A stretch of DNA of 64,000 nucleotides, taken from NCBI RefSeq assembly GCF_018977255.1, contig NW_024704751.1:9610001-9674000 (forward strand), given 5' to 3'. The DNA comes from Callorhinchus milii. Taxonomy: Eukaryota. This document shows, piece after piece, positions 34,356 through 47,935 of this stretch. Position 1 is the stretch's first letter. Each line of letters opens with the position of its first letter. Under the pieces are notes generated by a model. It ran no database searches, had not been told where the DNA came from, and was given only the letters and a program-made list of their open reading frames with translations. Position numbers and translations under genes: made by a program.

Positions 34356-34670
34356 ATAATAATAATAATAATCCTTGCATTTGATATAGCGCCTTATCAA
34401 GTCTTCGAGACGTCTCAAAGCTCTTCACGGAATATACTGTAAAGTGAATTGACTATATTTTGTGGGCGAAAAGCGGCAGCACACAGCAGTGTCCCACAAA
34501 CAGTCATGGATTGAGTGACCAAATTATTAGTATTTTTTTTAAGTGATTATTATCCCCGGAAAAGCGATCCGCCAATCGACTAACAACCGGGTTCCTACTT
34601 ACTGCTAGGTAAACAGATGCATGTGGAGTAAGGAAACTTGCCCAACGTTTCATCCTGCCGGGAATCAAAT
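34356..34670 (-). mobile_element. tRNA-derived SINE, long subfamily
   Basis: Tail plus internal gaaaagcgatccgccaatcgactaacaaccgggttcctacttactgctagg segment. Confidence 0.85.
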
Positions 34671-37600
34671 CCGTCTCAATCAAAAATATTTGAGTATCAG
34701 TTTGATCTCAGGTTGTTGGCCTTCTGTTCTCCACTTCCCTGTGGTGTCAATCAATGGTTCAAGGCGCACGTGGAACTATAGGTCACCATCTTGAGGAGAG
34801 CGGAAGGATCAACTAATCGGTCTGTGTGTTTCAAGGCAAGGTCCTGTGTGGTTTGTGCTATGTAATTGCAAGTTGTCATTACTCTGCCATCTTAGGTGTA
34901 AAACCAATATTTTACAGAAACGTTAGCATTAGGAGCTATGATCAATACGTTGCCATGTTTGTAGCATTCAGTAGTTCAAAATGGTGGTCACGCTTATCTG
35001 CCAAGAAATCACTGAGCTTGACAATTTCTGTAAAACACTTTGATCTATAAAATGGAAGTATAAACGTGTTTAATAGTTTGATGTTTTGCCACCCCCTGTT
35101 TGCTAGTTTCGCTGCTACAACGGAGAACCACCTGTTATGTAGCACTTAGCGGCAAAGTGCCTCTGCTCTCTGACACACGTACGACTGCAAAGCAGATATG
35201 AGACAAAGCTCTGGCATTTTCTCATCTACTCACCCTTTCTCGTCCTCTCCCCCTCCCCATTGACCGGCAACGATGAAATGGCTCAGGGATAAAGTCATTG
35301 CCGTGTGGGAAACAGGGTAAATTGCACAGCATAAGACGATTACAGGCATGAATGATACAATGGTTGTGGATTGCGGGAAAGGAAAGACAGCCCCTTGCCC
35401 CCCCCACCCCATCCTGGCACATGGGTGAGGTCCTGAAAGGCAACAGCTCATTCCAGCCGCACCATTTAACCCTACAGAGAAGAGGAGACAATATTGGAGA
35501 TAGGGAAAAACCTCAGGTGACTCAACACATCTCATATCTTTGGCATGTGCCCATCCTACAAGATCCATGTGAGCGTGTGAGCTCACAATTCATATACATG
35601 AACTGATAACTGATGTATGCACTCAATTGTTTTGTTTTCTGGGTGGGACAGAACGTTGGGCAAGTTTTTTTTATCTAACACGCCTCTGTTGACCTAGGAG
35701 TAAGTAGGAACCCGGTTATTAGTCCATTGGTGGATCACTTTTCCAAGAGTACTCTTCCCTTAAAAAGACAAATAATAATTTGGTCACTCAATCCACGACT
35801 GTTTGTGGGACACCACTGTGTGCAATTGACTGCCGCGGTTCACCCACAATATACGATCAAGTCACTACAGTATGTTCTGTGAAGCACATTGAGACGTCTC
35901 GAAGACGTGGTAAGGCTCTGTCGAATGCAAGGATTATTATTATGATCAACGCACAAAGTGAAGTCAGATGAGGTTGGCAGTACCCAGAATAGAAACCTTT
36001 ATGATGAAGTGACGTTCATGTGGTGCTCCTAACCTTGTGAACTAGTCTGACAGGTTAGCACTCGATTCACGTCACAACGTGTTTTTTTTTCTTTGTTTGG
36101 AAATCCGGTGTTTTGATTGCCAGGCCGGGCGCCGTCACAGTTGGGATATCTTATAAAATGTCCACGTCTCCTGTTTTAGCCTTTTACTTCAAAACTTCTG
36201 GAGATTTTACCGTGATTATGTCCCAAACGTGTCCCCAGTAAGCATGACACTAGCAATCCAGTGATTACCTTCCAGCCATCATTAAATTGAGCTCACAGTT
36301 CTGTCTGTTCTGAACTGGGATCTGTGAATCCACACAGGCAGCTGCCCGCACATCACTAAGCAGCTTATGATAGGTCAGTTTTAGCATTAATCTTTCCACC
36401 CCCCAAAAAATGTACAATCACTACACTTTACAGTATATTCTGTGAAGCGCTTTGAGACATCTCAAAGAGGTCGTAAGTGCTATATCAAATGCAATAATCA
36501 TTATTATTATCTGTGGCCGTTAACTAACTGAATGATCTTTTCTCATTTTCTCAGTTTCTTTCTAGTAATTTTCACAGACAAACTTCAGGCTTTCACCCCG
36601 AATCAACACAAGTTTATTTATTCATATCTCAGCGACTTCTACAAATAGATTTTGAACCTTTGGAAGGCATTGATGTTAAGTAATGTTTGTAACCTAATCT
36701 GATGTCATGCAGAATAGCTGATTGTTCAGTGTGCAGTCACAGGAAACCCTGCCAGCAGATGAGATCTGAACTCTCTTTTATCAGAGGGCCATCTTACTGA
36801 CTCTACACAACGACACAAAATACCTGACACTGTTTTGCAAAGCAGATACTGTAGATTTAACTATTTAATATTTAGCCGTATGATGTTTTGGTGTACACAA
36901 GTAAAAGGAAATTTCAGTGACTACCCCCAAAACTATGGAACTCTGCCTCATTCCCTCCGCCTTGCCCCCTTCTTGCCTGTGTTCAGATCTCACCTGAAGA
37001 CTGTCTGTGGGACACTGCTGTACGCAATTGGTTGCCGCATTTCACCCATAAAATATACAGTCACTACACTTTACAGTCTATTCTGTGAAGCGCTTTGATA
37101 CGTCTCCGAGACATATAAGGCGCTATATCAAATGCAAGGATTATTATTATTAATATTGTTTGCCTGGATCGTTCAAAGTGATTTATGGGCTTGACTTTTC
37201 CTGCTTCACGTCGTATGCAATGAAGGATTTTTGAAGCCGAAGATTAACTTTATTGTAGATTTTAATCAAAAAGAATGGGTTTGGGAGAAAATACGGGCTA
37301 CGTATTTTGGGCAACAACGTTTAGAGAAGCTGTGTCCGATTCAATTATCGTGCGCTCCTCTAAGCCAACAGGGATGTAACCCACAGCCTGGTTTATGTTT
37401 TCATTCCTCTGAGGTGAGTTGTTGAATTCTGCTGCCGGCCCAACCCTCCCAGGAGGTTGGGCCGAATAATACAACGGAACATAGGGTTGGAGCTGTGTTC
37501 TTATAAGAATTTCTGGTATGGTTAAACCCAAGATAGTTTGCTCATTATTTTTTTATTACAGCAATGGAATTGATGTAGGAAAATACTCTTCACGCCCTGC

Positions 37601-37742
37601 CTGCCTGGTGTTTGTCGGCGTGCGGCACAGTCAGCTTGCAAACACTTGCACATGCTGCCAAGAGACTGTAGGTTGTACTGACAGTGATTGTGATTTAATG
37701 ATCCTTGTGTTTGATGCAATGCCTAGAACATGAAAAAATCTC

Positions 37743-38098
37743 TAATAATAATAATAATAATAATAATCCTTGCATTTGACACTGCGCCTTATCACGTCTT
37801 CGAGGCATATCAAAGCGCTTCACAGGATATACTGTAAAGTGTAGTGACTGTACATTTTGTGAGCGAAGCCAATTGCGCACAGCAGTGTCCCATCAGCAAA
37901 CTGTTTTTTTTAAGGGATTATTACCCCAGGAAAAGCGATCTGCCAATCGACTATCAACCGGGTTCCGCTCTTACTGCTCGCTAAACGGAGGCGTGTGTGG
38001 AGTAAGGAAACTTGCCTGAGGTTTCACCCTGCCCGGGAGTCAAACCCAGATCCTCTGGCTTGCGAGGCGAGTGCTCTATCTGCTGAGCTACGGGACTC
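37743..38098 (-). mobile_element. Full-length tRNA-derived SINE, long subfamily
   Basis: (AAT)n tail, internal segment, tRNA-like head gctgagctacgggactc. Confidence 0.85.
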
Positions 38099-39080
38099 TA
38101 CATCGGAGATCGGTGACCATGGAGGGATTTAAAGATCAGGACAAGGATCTTGAACTCAATCCGCTGGGAGATGGGGAGCCAGTGGAGCTGGGCGCGGGTG
38201 GGGTTAATAGGCCCTTTGCATCCCACTACATATGAAAATTCTCGTGCATTGGAATGGAATGTGCATTCTCTCTCCCTCGAGGGATGCATCCTGATTACCT
38301 GATTCCCAAGAGTAGGCTTCGTCTGGGAATAGCCAAGGCTTGGGGAACCCCAGAGTGTGTGATTGGGGTAACTGCTGGAGTCTAACCAGCTAAAACCACA
38401 TAGTACTTTCTAGCAAGCAGTGCGCTATTAAACTCAAGGATTATCTTTCGTAGCATGTCTTCCAATTTCTGCTTAGGTGTTAGGCTGTGTTTGTGCGATG
38501 TTGCTGTGCGCAATTTGGCTGCATCATTGTACAGTGTGAAGAGCTTTGAATTGCTGTATCGAATAATAATAATCCTTACATTTGATATAGCACCTTATCG
38601 CGTCGTTAAGGCATCTCCAAGCTCTTCGCAGAATCAAGTGAAAACCAGTGAAAGGTGACTGGTTTATTTTGAATCGCTGATTAAAAAATGGTTCGGGCAG
38701 AATTGGAAAAATGGATTAAACATAACGTTGCCTTTCACCGGGTCATTAACAACTGACCTTGCCCAAATTGTTCCGTTTCTCCCTCTCCCTGCTGCGTACG
38801 AGTGACTTTTGTTCTGCGTCAATTGTTGCTTTCAGGACCACACCCACCGAATGATCGTGCTCTTTGGAAAGGAACATTCTTGCAAAACAGGTTGAGCTCG
38901 CTCACTCCTCCAACCATCCACAGGGCTGGTCAGGTTAAAAAAAACCCAGAGAACAGAAAAATGTTGAAACAGTCGCGAGTATTCCTGGCGGCGGTGAGAT
39001 CGGGAGCTCAGTAACACAGTCTTCACACGTCGGAGACCCCTGTCCAGCATTCACAGAAGTTCAGTGCAACGATTTTGAAG

Positions 39081-39138
39081 ATGAAGCTCTTTCTCCTCGC
39101 TCTGCTCCTCTGCTCTCTGAAGGGCGTGGATTCTATGG
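39081..39138 (+). CDS. UPK3B: UPK3B exon 1 (signal peptide)
   Basis: AAGATGAAG; [20 protein letters not shown]|gtaact, phase 1. Confidence 0.8.
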
Positions 39139-42100
39139 GTAACTGACACCTTGCCTTGTCTGTGGCAGCGTTTCGCCTAAAAAATACACAGTCACTCCAC
39201 TTTACAGTATATTCTGTGAAGTGCTTTGAGATGTCTCAACGATGTGATAAGGGGCTGTATAAAAACATAAGGATGATTATTATTGTTTTTATTATGTGCC
39301 AGGGAGTTCCCTTGCTTTATAAGCTTTATATTTATACCTCTTTGATGCAGACTGTAGAGTATAACTAAACCTATTGGATGTAATTTGTCTCTAAACTTTC
39401 CCTCTGTGACACTTGCGATTGCTCCTTTTATAATCCCATCTGTTGCTGCTCCAGTGACAGTGAACGTTTAGTGAAGAAAGTCAAATGTCTTTGTTGAAAG
39501 AGCGCAGTTTTTTTTTTAAATCATGTACTTTTTTTCTCTCTTGGAAACTAGTTTGATTTTTGAATAAATATGTGTAGAATTTCGGATCTTTAATCGGTGA
39601 AATATGTGTCAAAGACATACCGAAGAATAATAATAATAATAATAATCCTTGCATTTGATATAGCGCTTTTCACGTCGGGAAGACGTCCCAAAGCGCTTCA
39701 CAGAATATACTGTAAAGTGAATTGACTGTATATTTGTGGGCGAACGCGGCGGCCAATTGCGTACGGCAATGTCCCACAAACAGTCGTAGATTGAAAATGA
39801 CCAATTTATTATTGTTTTGGTTTTGGAGGGATTATTATTAGGTGTGTGGAGTAAGGAAACTTGCCCAAGGTTTCGCCCTGACCTGCCTGGAAATGAACCC
39901 AGGTGTCTCGCTTGCAATTAAATTAATGATTTATAGGGTAAATTACGCAGATTTAATGGCTGGGAAACCTGCCCCTGACTAGTTTGATTTACATATCACA
40001 TCGGCAATATTTAATAAGTTATGTTTACTAAATATTAATACTTATTGATTGCTGTTACTGGATGCACTTCCTGTTTAGGTCTGAGTCCAAAAGTAGCAGA
40101 TACAGGTGGACAATAATAATAATAATCCTTGCATTTGATATTGGAACATTTTACATTGGGATGACTTTCACGTTATCCTATGCTTCACAGGATAAACTAG
40201 AGTGACTGCATGTTTTGTGTTGGATAAGAACAATAAGAATCAAATAGAGTTCTCGGCTTAAGTGCAAAAGCTGAGAAGTGTTGTTAAATTTATGTCTCAA
40301 AGCGCTTCACAGGATATACTGTAAAGTGAATTGACTGCACGTTTTGTGGGCAAAACACAGCAGCCAATTGCGCACAGTCGTGTCCCACGAAAAGTTGTGG
40401 ATTCAGTGTCCAAATTGTTATTATTATTTCTTTATTATTCTTGTTTTTTTGAAGGGATTATTATCCTTGGAAAAGTAATCCGCCAATCGACTAACAGCCG
40501 CGTTCCTACTTAGAGCTGAGTAAACATGGGCGTGTGGAGTAAGGAAACTTGCCAACATTTCGCCCCGCCCGGGAATCGAACCCGGGTCCTCTCGCGGGGA
40601 GGCGAGTGCTCTAACCCACATGCGTTTCAAATAACGTCCACATGAACAGCAGAATAGACCTCAGTTTAATGTCTCATCCAAGGGATGGCTCATCAAGCGC
40701 TGTGAGGCTCTACCCTGTGTGAGGGACGCTATATAAATGCAAGTTGTTGTTGTTGAAGTTGTTGCTGGCACTTCCAGCAATGTAGTGCCCCCTCTGTTCA
40801 CTGTTGGAATGTCAGCCTAAACTGTGAGTTTGGGGTCCTGACATGGTCTTGAACCCACAACCTTCTGACTCAGAGGGGAATGTGCTGCCAAGGAAACCGG
40901 TTGACACCTAAATTCTAGGAATGTTAACCGGGGGATATAGTGCCATGGGAGGCATTCAATGTGATAATTATCATCATCAATGTGATAATTATTATAACTA
41001 AACAAAAGGGGTGTCACACCGCTCCCATCCCATGGAGTGATAAATGTTTGTAGCCTGGACCTCAGATCCTTCAGTAGAAGCGATGAGGTGTGGTTAAGGA
41101 GGGTTTGAGGGCATCGGAGAACTTCAGGACCAAGGCTACTCAGTTATATATTTATATAGAGGGCAGAAATAGCAGATCTGTCTGGATTAGCACTGAGATA
41201 TGATCACTCTTTAATCTTTACAGCAAGAACAACAACTTGATTTTTATATAGGGTACAGTCCTGGAGCGCTTGACAGTGGCGGGAGTCCGACACCGAGCCA
41301 TGGGGAGAGAGATGGGGGGGAGGTGACCACAAGCATGATTGGAAAAAGGAAGGTCTTTAGTCGGGGTTTGAAAGTGGTGAGGGAGGGGCAAGACGGAGGG
41401 ATTGAGGGAGAGAGTTCCAGAGTTTTGTGGCATAGTGGCTGATGGCACGGCCACCGATGGCGGAGCGGAGGAAATCAGGGACAAACAAGATACAAGAATG
41501 CTCCCATATAGAAACGGAGTAAAATTGTTGCCTCCACACAACATGGTGTACGCCCATTGCTCTTATAATAAGATTTGCTGTTGGGACATTTGTGATCTGC
41601 TCCGAAAGGTTTGTCAGAACCTGTAAAGGTGTGTTTGTGAAACATTTCAATGAAGGGTGTGCATTTCACTAACCTGACATCACGCACCATTTGAGGTTTA
41701 GGGTTAGACAAACAAGTTGGGATAATTGTGCCTTAAAATAAATAACCTCCCAACTTGATGTTGTCAAATGCACTTTACAAACAGCCTAATTTAATGGCTT
41801 GGGTTAGCTACAGAGAATATGGCCGCACTTTCAGCCACTACGCTGCAAAATTCTGGAACACTCTTCCTCTATCCCTCCGCCTTGCCCCTTCCTTTCCTAT
41901 CTTCCTCGTCGACCTTGCCTACGGTCACAGAAGATACCCCCTCCCCACCTTCTGCCTCCCCCCAGCTCGGCGTCGTGCTCCGTCACTGTCGAGCGCTCTG
42001 GGATTGCTACCCTGCCTGAGGGAGCGCTATATAAATGCAAGTTGTTGTTGTGGGTCCCACTGATTCCTTTAAGTGACCTTGCCTTTCTCTGGTCTCTGCT

Positions 42101-45100
42101 CTCGACCATCAGCTGACTGCACGGGTGAGAGCATTTGGGTGTCCACCACCCACCATGGTACCTGGCCCTCTGCCAGCCAATTATCTCAAATGGAAAAGCA
42201 TTTCTCATTTTGCAGGATTTGGCCACTTTCTACCCCTTTACTTGCCCCCTCTCCTTCCCTCTCACCTCTCCTCCCCTCTCTCCTCTCCTGAGGGGCTGCT
42301 GATTCATGTTGGGCTGCAGTTAGTTCCACAGACACACGTAGCCCTCTAGCGACGGACCGACGGACCTGCCCTGAAGCTAGTTAGTGAATGTCTCCTTGCT
42401 GACAGCACCTGAGGAAGCAGGTGTAACCAGTGTTGCCTGTCTCACCTTTTGCACTGTCCTTCCCATCCCAGGGCCATTTGCTGCCTTCCTCTGTGTGGAT
42501 GTTATGTAAGGAATAATTGGCGTTGTCTCAAATATTCTGAAAGGTTTTGATAAAGTAGATAGGAGAAACTGTTTCCACGGCAGGTGGATCGGTAACCAGG
42601 GGAGACAGACTTTAGATAATTGGCAAAAGAACCAAAGGGGAGATGAGGAGAAATATCTTTACACAGAGAGTTGTTACGGTCTGGAATGCACGGCCTGAAA
42701 GAGTGGTAGAAACTGATTCAATAACAACTTTCAAAAGGGAATTGGACAGGTACTTGAAAAGGAATCATTTTCAAGGATATAAGGAAAGAGTGGGGGAATG
42801 GGACTGATTGGGTAGGTCTTCCAAAGAGCTGGCACCATGGGCCGAATGGCCTCCTTCTGTGCTGTAATATTCTATGGTTCTAAAAATATAACCCCTCCCA
42901 TTCCCCGCCTCCATTTTATAAAATAATTGAATCCTTCAGATAATGTCAGCCTTCTGAGTGTCACTGTTATGATCTCCCAGTCTGAGACCATGAGACTACA
43001 GAGTAGTCTTTCGGATGAGGCTTTAGACTGAAGTCCTGTTCGCCTGTTCAGGCGGACGTTAAAGATCCCGTGGAGAAAGGATATTCTGACCAGCAATCCT
43101 CTAGAGCAGGGTGGCTGAACTGGTGGCCCGTCATCACTCCCCCCCTCCATTTCACCTGGCCCACCCGCTCCCTCCACAAACAGGAAAAATGATATTATGG
43201 TTCTGGAAATGCAAAAATATTGCTTATGCGGCCCGGGCACGTTTCTCAAATAGGGCTTCCGGCCCTAAGCTGCCAAAGGTTTAGACCACCCTGATCGAGA
43301 TGGCATCAGTTCTTCACTTCATGACTATTTGTGGGACATTGCCGTTTGCAAATTGAATGCGGTGTCTGCCTACACATGCACAGTCACCACACGTAAGAAC
43401 ATAAGAAATGGTAGACAAGAAAAAACCCAAGGCCCCTCTAGTTCGCCTTCCACCTTCCTGGCAGTCACGTACGTATGTCCTGAACTACCTATGTACTATA
43501 TCCCTTAATGTTATTTCCTAAAATTACTGGACAGCAATTACTCATGAGGCGCTGTGAGGTACTGTATTTTGATGTTTCCAAATTCTAGGTGACGTATTGG
43601 GCATGAGGATTATTATTATTATGTAATCTGAGACAATATCTGTAGGGAAGATTGATGTGTTGCACACATACTCTGATGGTAGTGAATTATATTGTTCTAC
43701 TGGTGGGTTTCTGCAGCTCCGTGACCCTTTCACCCCATCCTCGCCCGACTCCACTGGCTTCCCATCACACAGAGGATACAGTTCAAGATCCTGGTCCTCA
43801 CCTTCAAAGCCCTCCATGGTCTTGCTCCCCCCGACTTCTGCGACCTCCTAACCCCCTACCATCCTGCTCACTCCCTCTGCTCAGCGAGCTCTGGCCTGCT
43901 TCAGGTCCCCCACCTCGCTCGCCCCACTATTAGCGGGTGGGTCTTCTGCCACTCTGCCCCCAACCTCTGGAACTCCAACCCGCAGTCCCGCCACCTTGTC
44001 CCATACCCTTGCCTCCTTCAAGACCCAACTCAAGACCCTCCTCTTTACTATGCTTTTGATCACCCTGCTTTCCCCCCGCCCTCTACCCTCCCCGATCCCA
44101 ACCCCCAGCTCAGGTCCGTAACTCTGTCCAACGCCTTGGGACGTCCTCCCGACGTGAAAGGCACTAGACACATGTAATTTTATTGTTATTGTTGTTCTTC
44201 TTGTGGTTTGACTGCAATGGAATCTCGTATTTTTATTTTTCAGTAAAAAATTACACACCTGAAGTCACTAACGCCAATTTAGCCGGAAGAATCACTGCAA
44301 CGACCATTACTTTTCAACAACCCCTCTGCCAGTTTGACAGTGAAATCAACGCGACTCCAGGCTTGATTTTTTGGCTTGTGGTGGCTAACAGCCAACGTGA
44401 GTATCCGCATCATATAGCCAGACATTATGTTTTACATCAAAAACTATAAGAATTTGCTGGTTAGAAAGAAGACCAAGGTCATCCCAGTTCCCTTTCCACC
44501 ATCCTGGCAGTCACTTGCACAAGTCAGGTCCCAAACTGAAGTCCCACGTGACCTTATAGTCACACTGGACAATAAATCAGCCTCTTTGACATCGGCAATA
44601 AATACTGTGAAGACTATTCAATGTAATCAACAATTACTGGCAATAAATCCCGAGAAAAGTATTCAAGACACTATAAAATATATTCTTTCTAGATAGCTGG
44701 CATCAGGATACTTTCAACGGGCTGAATGGCTGTGATTTATACAACTCGATGTGTAGGATGAGGGGCCATTAGGATGAATATGATAATGTGTTTATTCAGC
44801 ACCTTTTAAGCATATCTCAAGTTGTTTCACTAATGGGTTTAGTTTGAATGAAATGACTGTTTTATAATATTCTTCAGATGAATCGGAGGTATTCGTCAGG
44901 ACAGAGCTATGTTTCTTAATCTTCAAATTAGCGCACCGGAAAAAAGGAATCTTGGATTAGCGACACATTCACAAAAGGAATGATGACAATCTGTCGTTGT
45001 GATGTTCACATTAACTGGACTTAACTTTGTAGTTTGGATACCCCATTTCCAGAAGGTACTGATGAGTTTTTTCCCCCTGTCAATGTAGGAGGACAGAATA

Positions 45101-46891
45101 CCTTTGATGCAATTACATTTGTGCAACCTTCACTGATGACTCACCAAACTGCTTCCACGGCGGATTATTATCTCACTCTTCGCACATTAGCAGAAAGATA
45201 CTTATGCCCACCGACTTCCAGCTCTAACGGTGAAATGTACTTTGTGCGTGTTGGGCAGGAAACCACCTGTAGAACTGAAACCTGCAATGTACCTTTAAAT
45301 AATTCCAAAAGCTACAGGTAAGGCCAGTCAGGCAATGCACATTATTTAAGCAATGGGATGATATTTGCCAATGTGTATGTTGTTGTTTATTAGGACCATT
45401 TGTTTGTGGATGGATGCCAGGGTGAGTGTTCTGAAAGTGAGATCAAATGTGCCAGAAGGCGTTCTTCATCTGAATCTCTCTTGTGAAAGAATCTCAACAT
45501 TGAAGCTTTGCTATTTGTGTTTATTTTCAGTGTGAAGTTTATTTTGATTAATCCTTCCCTCCAGAACTCTCCAAATGTTATTGCTCAAACAAACTGGTCA
45601 AGTTTCATCTCGCTGAAAACTGGTAAGTATTAAAATTATTGAAGTCTAACCTTTCCAAAAAATACCTTAAGATCCACACTACTCTTCAGTATGTAGGAAG
45701 CAGATGTGGGCCAGCAGGAGGAGGGATATGAGGGAGGTCCGAATGACCTTGCGGATAGTGTGTAGAATCGGGAGAAGTTCAAATAGTCCTTAAATGGAAA
45801 ACAAATAGAAAAAAAAGTTCAATTTGTAGAGCATATTTAAAGGGTTAGATGGGGTTAGGGGAGTTTGGAGTATGTGGGCCGTGGAATGGGGTGTGGTGGA
45901 GTGAATTCGATCGGCTTAATGGTCTTTTGTTTCTGATGTTACTATGTATTTGAGCAGGAGACACACACTTTGTGTAACTGATATTTAACATTGACTACCC
46001 TTGGGTGTCACAGATAGAAAATCCACCTTGTCGTGAGTTTTGTTTCGTTGCTTTTCACTTGGCCACTCGAGGCCGAGGTCGTGTTTGAACCATGTTTGTG
46101 TTCATTTTTAAAATGCTGCCCTTTTCTCCAGTGGTGGAACCCCGCAACATTGATCCCTCGCCTCGTGGTCGCTCTGCTGGCATGATAGTCATCACAGCAA
46201 TCCTCAGTGTCCTGCTCTTCCTGCTGCTGGCTTTCTTCGTGGCCATGCTCCTAATGGTTTGGTAAGTCAGCCAACCCATTTGAGTGGGGAAACACCCCGC
46301 TCCCAATGACTGCTGGGCCCTTCTAAGCCCTGCTGGTGAGGCAGACTGGCTGAGCTATCATCAGCAGTGCCCTGAAATACTGTTGAGTCTGCCACAAAGC
46401 TTGATTTGACTCTGATGTTCTGTTACCAAGCACCTTGGAGCCAGCACAGCTCTAAGGATACCCATCTTATCCGCCTCCGCGCCCCTGACCAAAGAGGATA
46501 CTGTCAGGCACCTCAAGGGTGCGTCTGACCTCAACTGAACCCCAGACCATCGTGGTCTAATGTAACTCCATAGCCAAACTTTTGAGTAACTGTTTAATTG
46601 CTTTCTGACTGTAGCAAAGTTCCTGTGGGTCAGTAATATATTATGATATAAAATGGATATATTACAGAACCCAGTGGAGAAATATTACATTTCACGACTC
46701 CTCAATTTAAATCAAAGCTGACTCTAATTGATATACTGTATTATTAAATACTTCTCTGTTTCTCTTCTAGCTGTAGATCAACTGGCAAGTCAGATATCTC
46801 CGAACCTATTCCCAGGTGGGGATCTCTAAAACGATACAACACTCACAACTTAAAGGATACCAACATTGGGCCCTATGCTATGAAAATCTAA
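39081..46891 (+). CDS. UPK3B: Uroplakin-3b-type single-pass membrane protein, 260 aa
   Basis: join(39081..39138,44244..44396,45089..45317,45531..45622,46132..46261,46771..46891)=783 nt; signal peptide [86 protein letters not shown] tail; lies between DTX2 and RASA4. UPK3B versus UPK3BL orthology not resolvable by eye. Confidence 0.88.
39626..39917 (-). mobile_element. Young short-subfamily SINE, head truncated
   Basis: Near-identical to the body and tail of 12041-12365. Confidence 0.85.
42530..42881 (+). mobile_element. CR1 LINE 3' end
   Basis: ggttttgataaagtagat..atgaggagaaatatctttacacagagagttgt..gggccgaatggcctccttctgtgctgtaatattctatggttcta. Confidence 0.8.
42995..43075 (+). mobile_element. 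Deu-domain SINE relic
   Basis: gtctttcggatgagg..ctgttcaggcggacgttaaagatcccgtgg resembles the Deu domain; related copies ~59245-59320 (+) and ~28380-28450 (-). Confidence 0.6.
43715..44197 (+). mobile_element. L2 LINE 3' fragment
   Basis: ctccactggcttcccatc..ttcaagatcctggtcctcaccttcaaagccctccatgg..gggacgtcctcccgacgtgaaagg tail. Confidence 0.85.
44244..44396 (+). CDS. UPK3B: UPK3B exon 2
   Basis: tttcag|TA..C|gtgagt. Confidence 0.92.
45089..45317 (+). CDS. UPK3B: UPK3B exon 3
   Basis: atgtag|GA..AG|gtaagg; [24 protein letters not shown]. Confidence 0.9.
45531..45622 (+). CDS. UPK3B: UPK3B exon 4
   Basis: tttcag|T GTG AAG TTT..G|gtaagt. Confidence 0.9.
46132..46261 (+). CDS. UPK3B: UPK3B exon 5 (TM helix)
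   Basis: ctccag|TG..TG|gtaagt; [35 protein letters not shown]. Confidence 0.93.
46771..46891 (+). CDS. UPK3B: UPK3B exon 6 (cytoplasmic tail, stop)
   Basis: ttctag|C..TAA; [11 protein letters not shown]. Confidence 0.88.
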
Positions 46892-47483
46892 GGCAAACAG
46901 CTAGCCACACGACAGGAGTCCAGCATCCCTTGCCTCTCCCTGAGAGCCTCACCTCCCCGCACTACTTCAATCTGAACTCTTATAACAGATGACAATCCCT
47001 ATGCATTTTTGAGATGTCTGGAGCAATGATGTGTTGTCCTAACTGATGATACGGATGACTAGACAATAACATGCACAAAACCCTTTTCCTTTTAAGATGA
47101 CTCGGATGAGGGGGGTCATTTCACAATAGGCACAAATGTAATTGCTGTCCATTTTTGCTGGGTGACGGACTATTCCCTTGCCCAACATCACCTACCATTT
47201 TATTACTCAAATTGTTTGTGACAATTGTGCCTGGAAGTTTGTTACAGGGTGATATTGTTCAGGGTGGAAGGTCAAATGCGGAATGAATTTCAAAATACTC
47301 ATATTTCATCGAACACAGGATGTGTAGTAGGTTGAGGTGCGATTTGTAATTTGCAGTTATATCATATCATAGCAGACTAGGATATTAAGCTATTGCAGTG
47401 TGTGTGTACTTATGTGTATATTACATCATATTAAACAAGAAGATGTTTATCCATCATCTGAATTTTGTTCAGATTATAATCAT

Positions 47484-47557
47484 AATAAAGAGTGTCAAAG
47501 CTTGCTCGAGATATAAATTGCCCGTCTTCTGTAACATTTTCAACGTAAACCAATAAA
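47484..47557 (+). terminator. Candidate UPK3B polyadenylation signals
   Basis: AATAAA at 47484-47489 and 47552-47557, ~600 nt after the stop. Confidence 0.5.
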
Positions 47558-47634
47558 ACTATTGAAACAGAAAAATGCCCCCACAGTACCGCCTTCTTTC
47601 AAATTTTCTCAAAATTCCTCGATTGTTAACTTAC

Positions 47635-47935
47635 ATTTTCTGGGCGAAACGGGTCAGCCAATTGCGCACAGCAGCGTCCCACAAACGGTCATGGATTTAG
47701 TGACCTCATTATTATTATTATTATTTACTTGTTTGATTGTTTTGAAGGGATTATTACCCCCTGGAAAAGCAACCCGCCATTTGACTAACAACCGGGTTCC
47801 TGATTACTGCCAGGTAAACGGAGACGTGTGGAGTAAGGAAACTCGCCTAACGATGTTCCGCTCTGCCCGGGAATCAAACCCGGGTCCTCTCGCTTGCAAG
47901 ACGAGTGCTGTAAGCGCTAAGCTACACGACTCCAC
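47635..47935 (-). mobile_element. tRNA-derived SINE, long subfamily
   Basis: Body and head gctaagctacacgactccac. Confidence 0.82.

Noticed and set aside
41656-41776. Short imperfect terminal inverted repeats (gtgcatttcactaac..gttgtcaaatgcac), similar at ~53832-54000
   Set aside because: Probably old MITE relics; too short and degenerate to call with confidence
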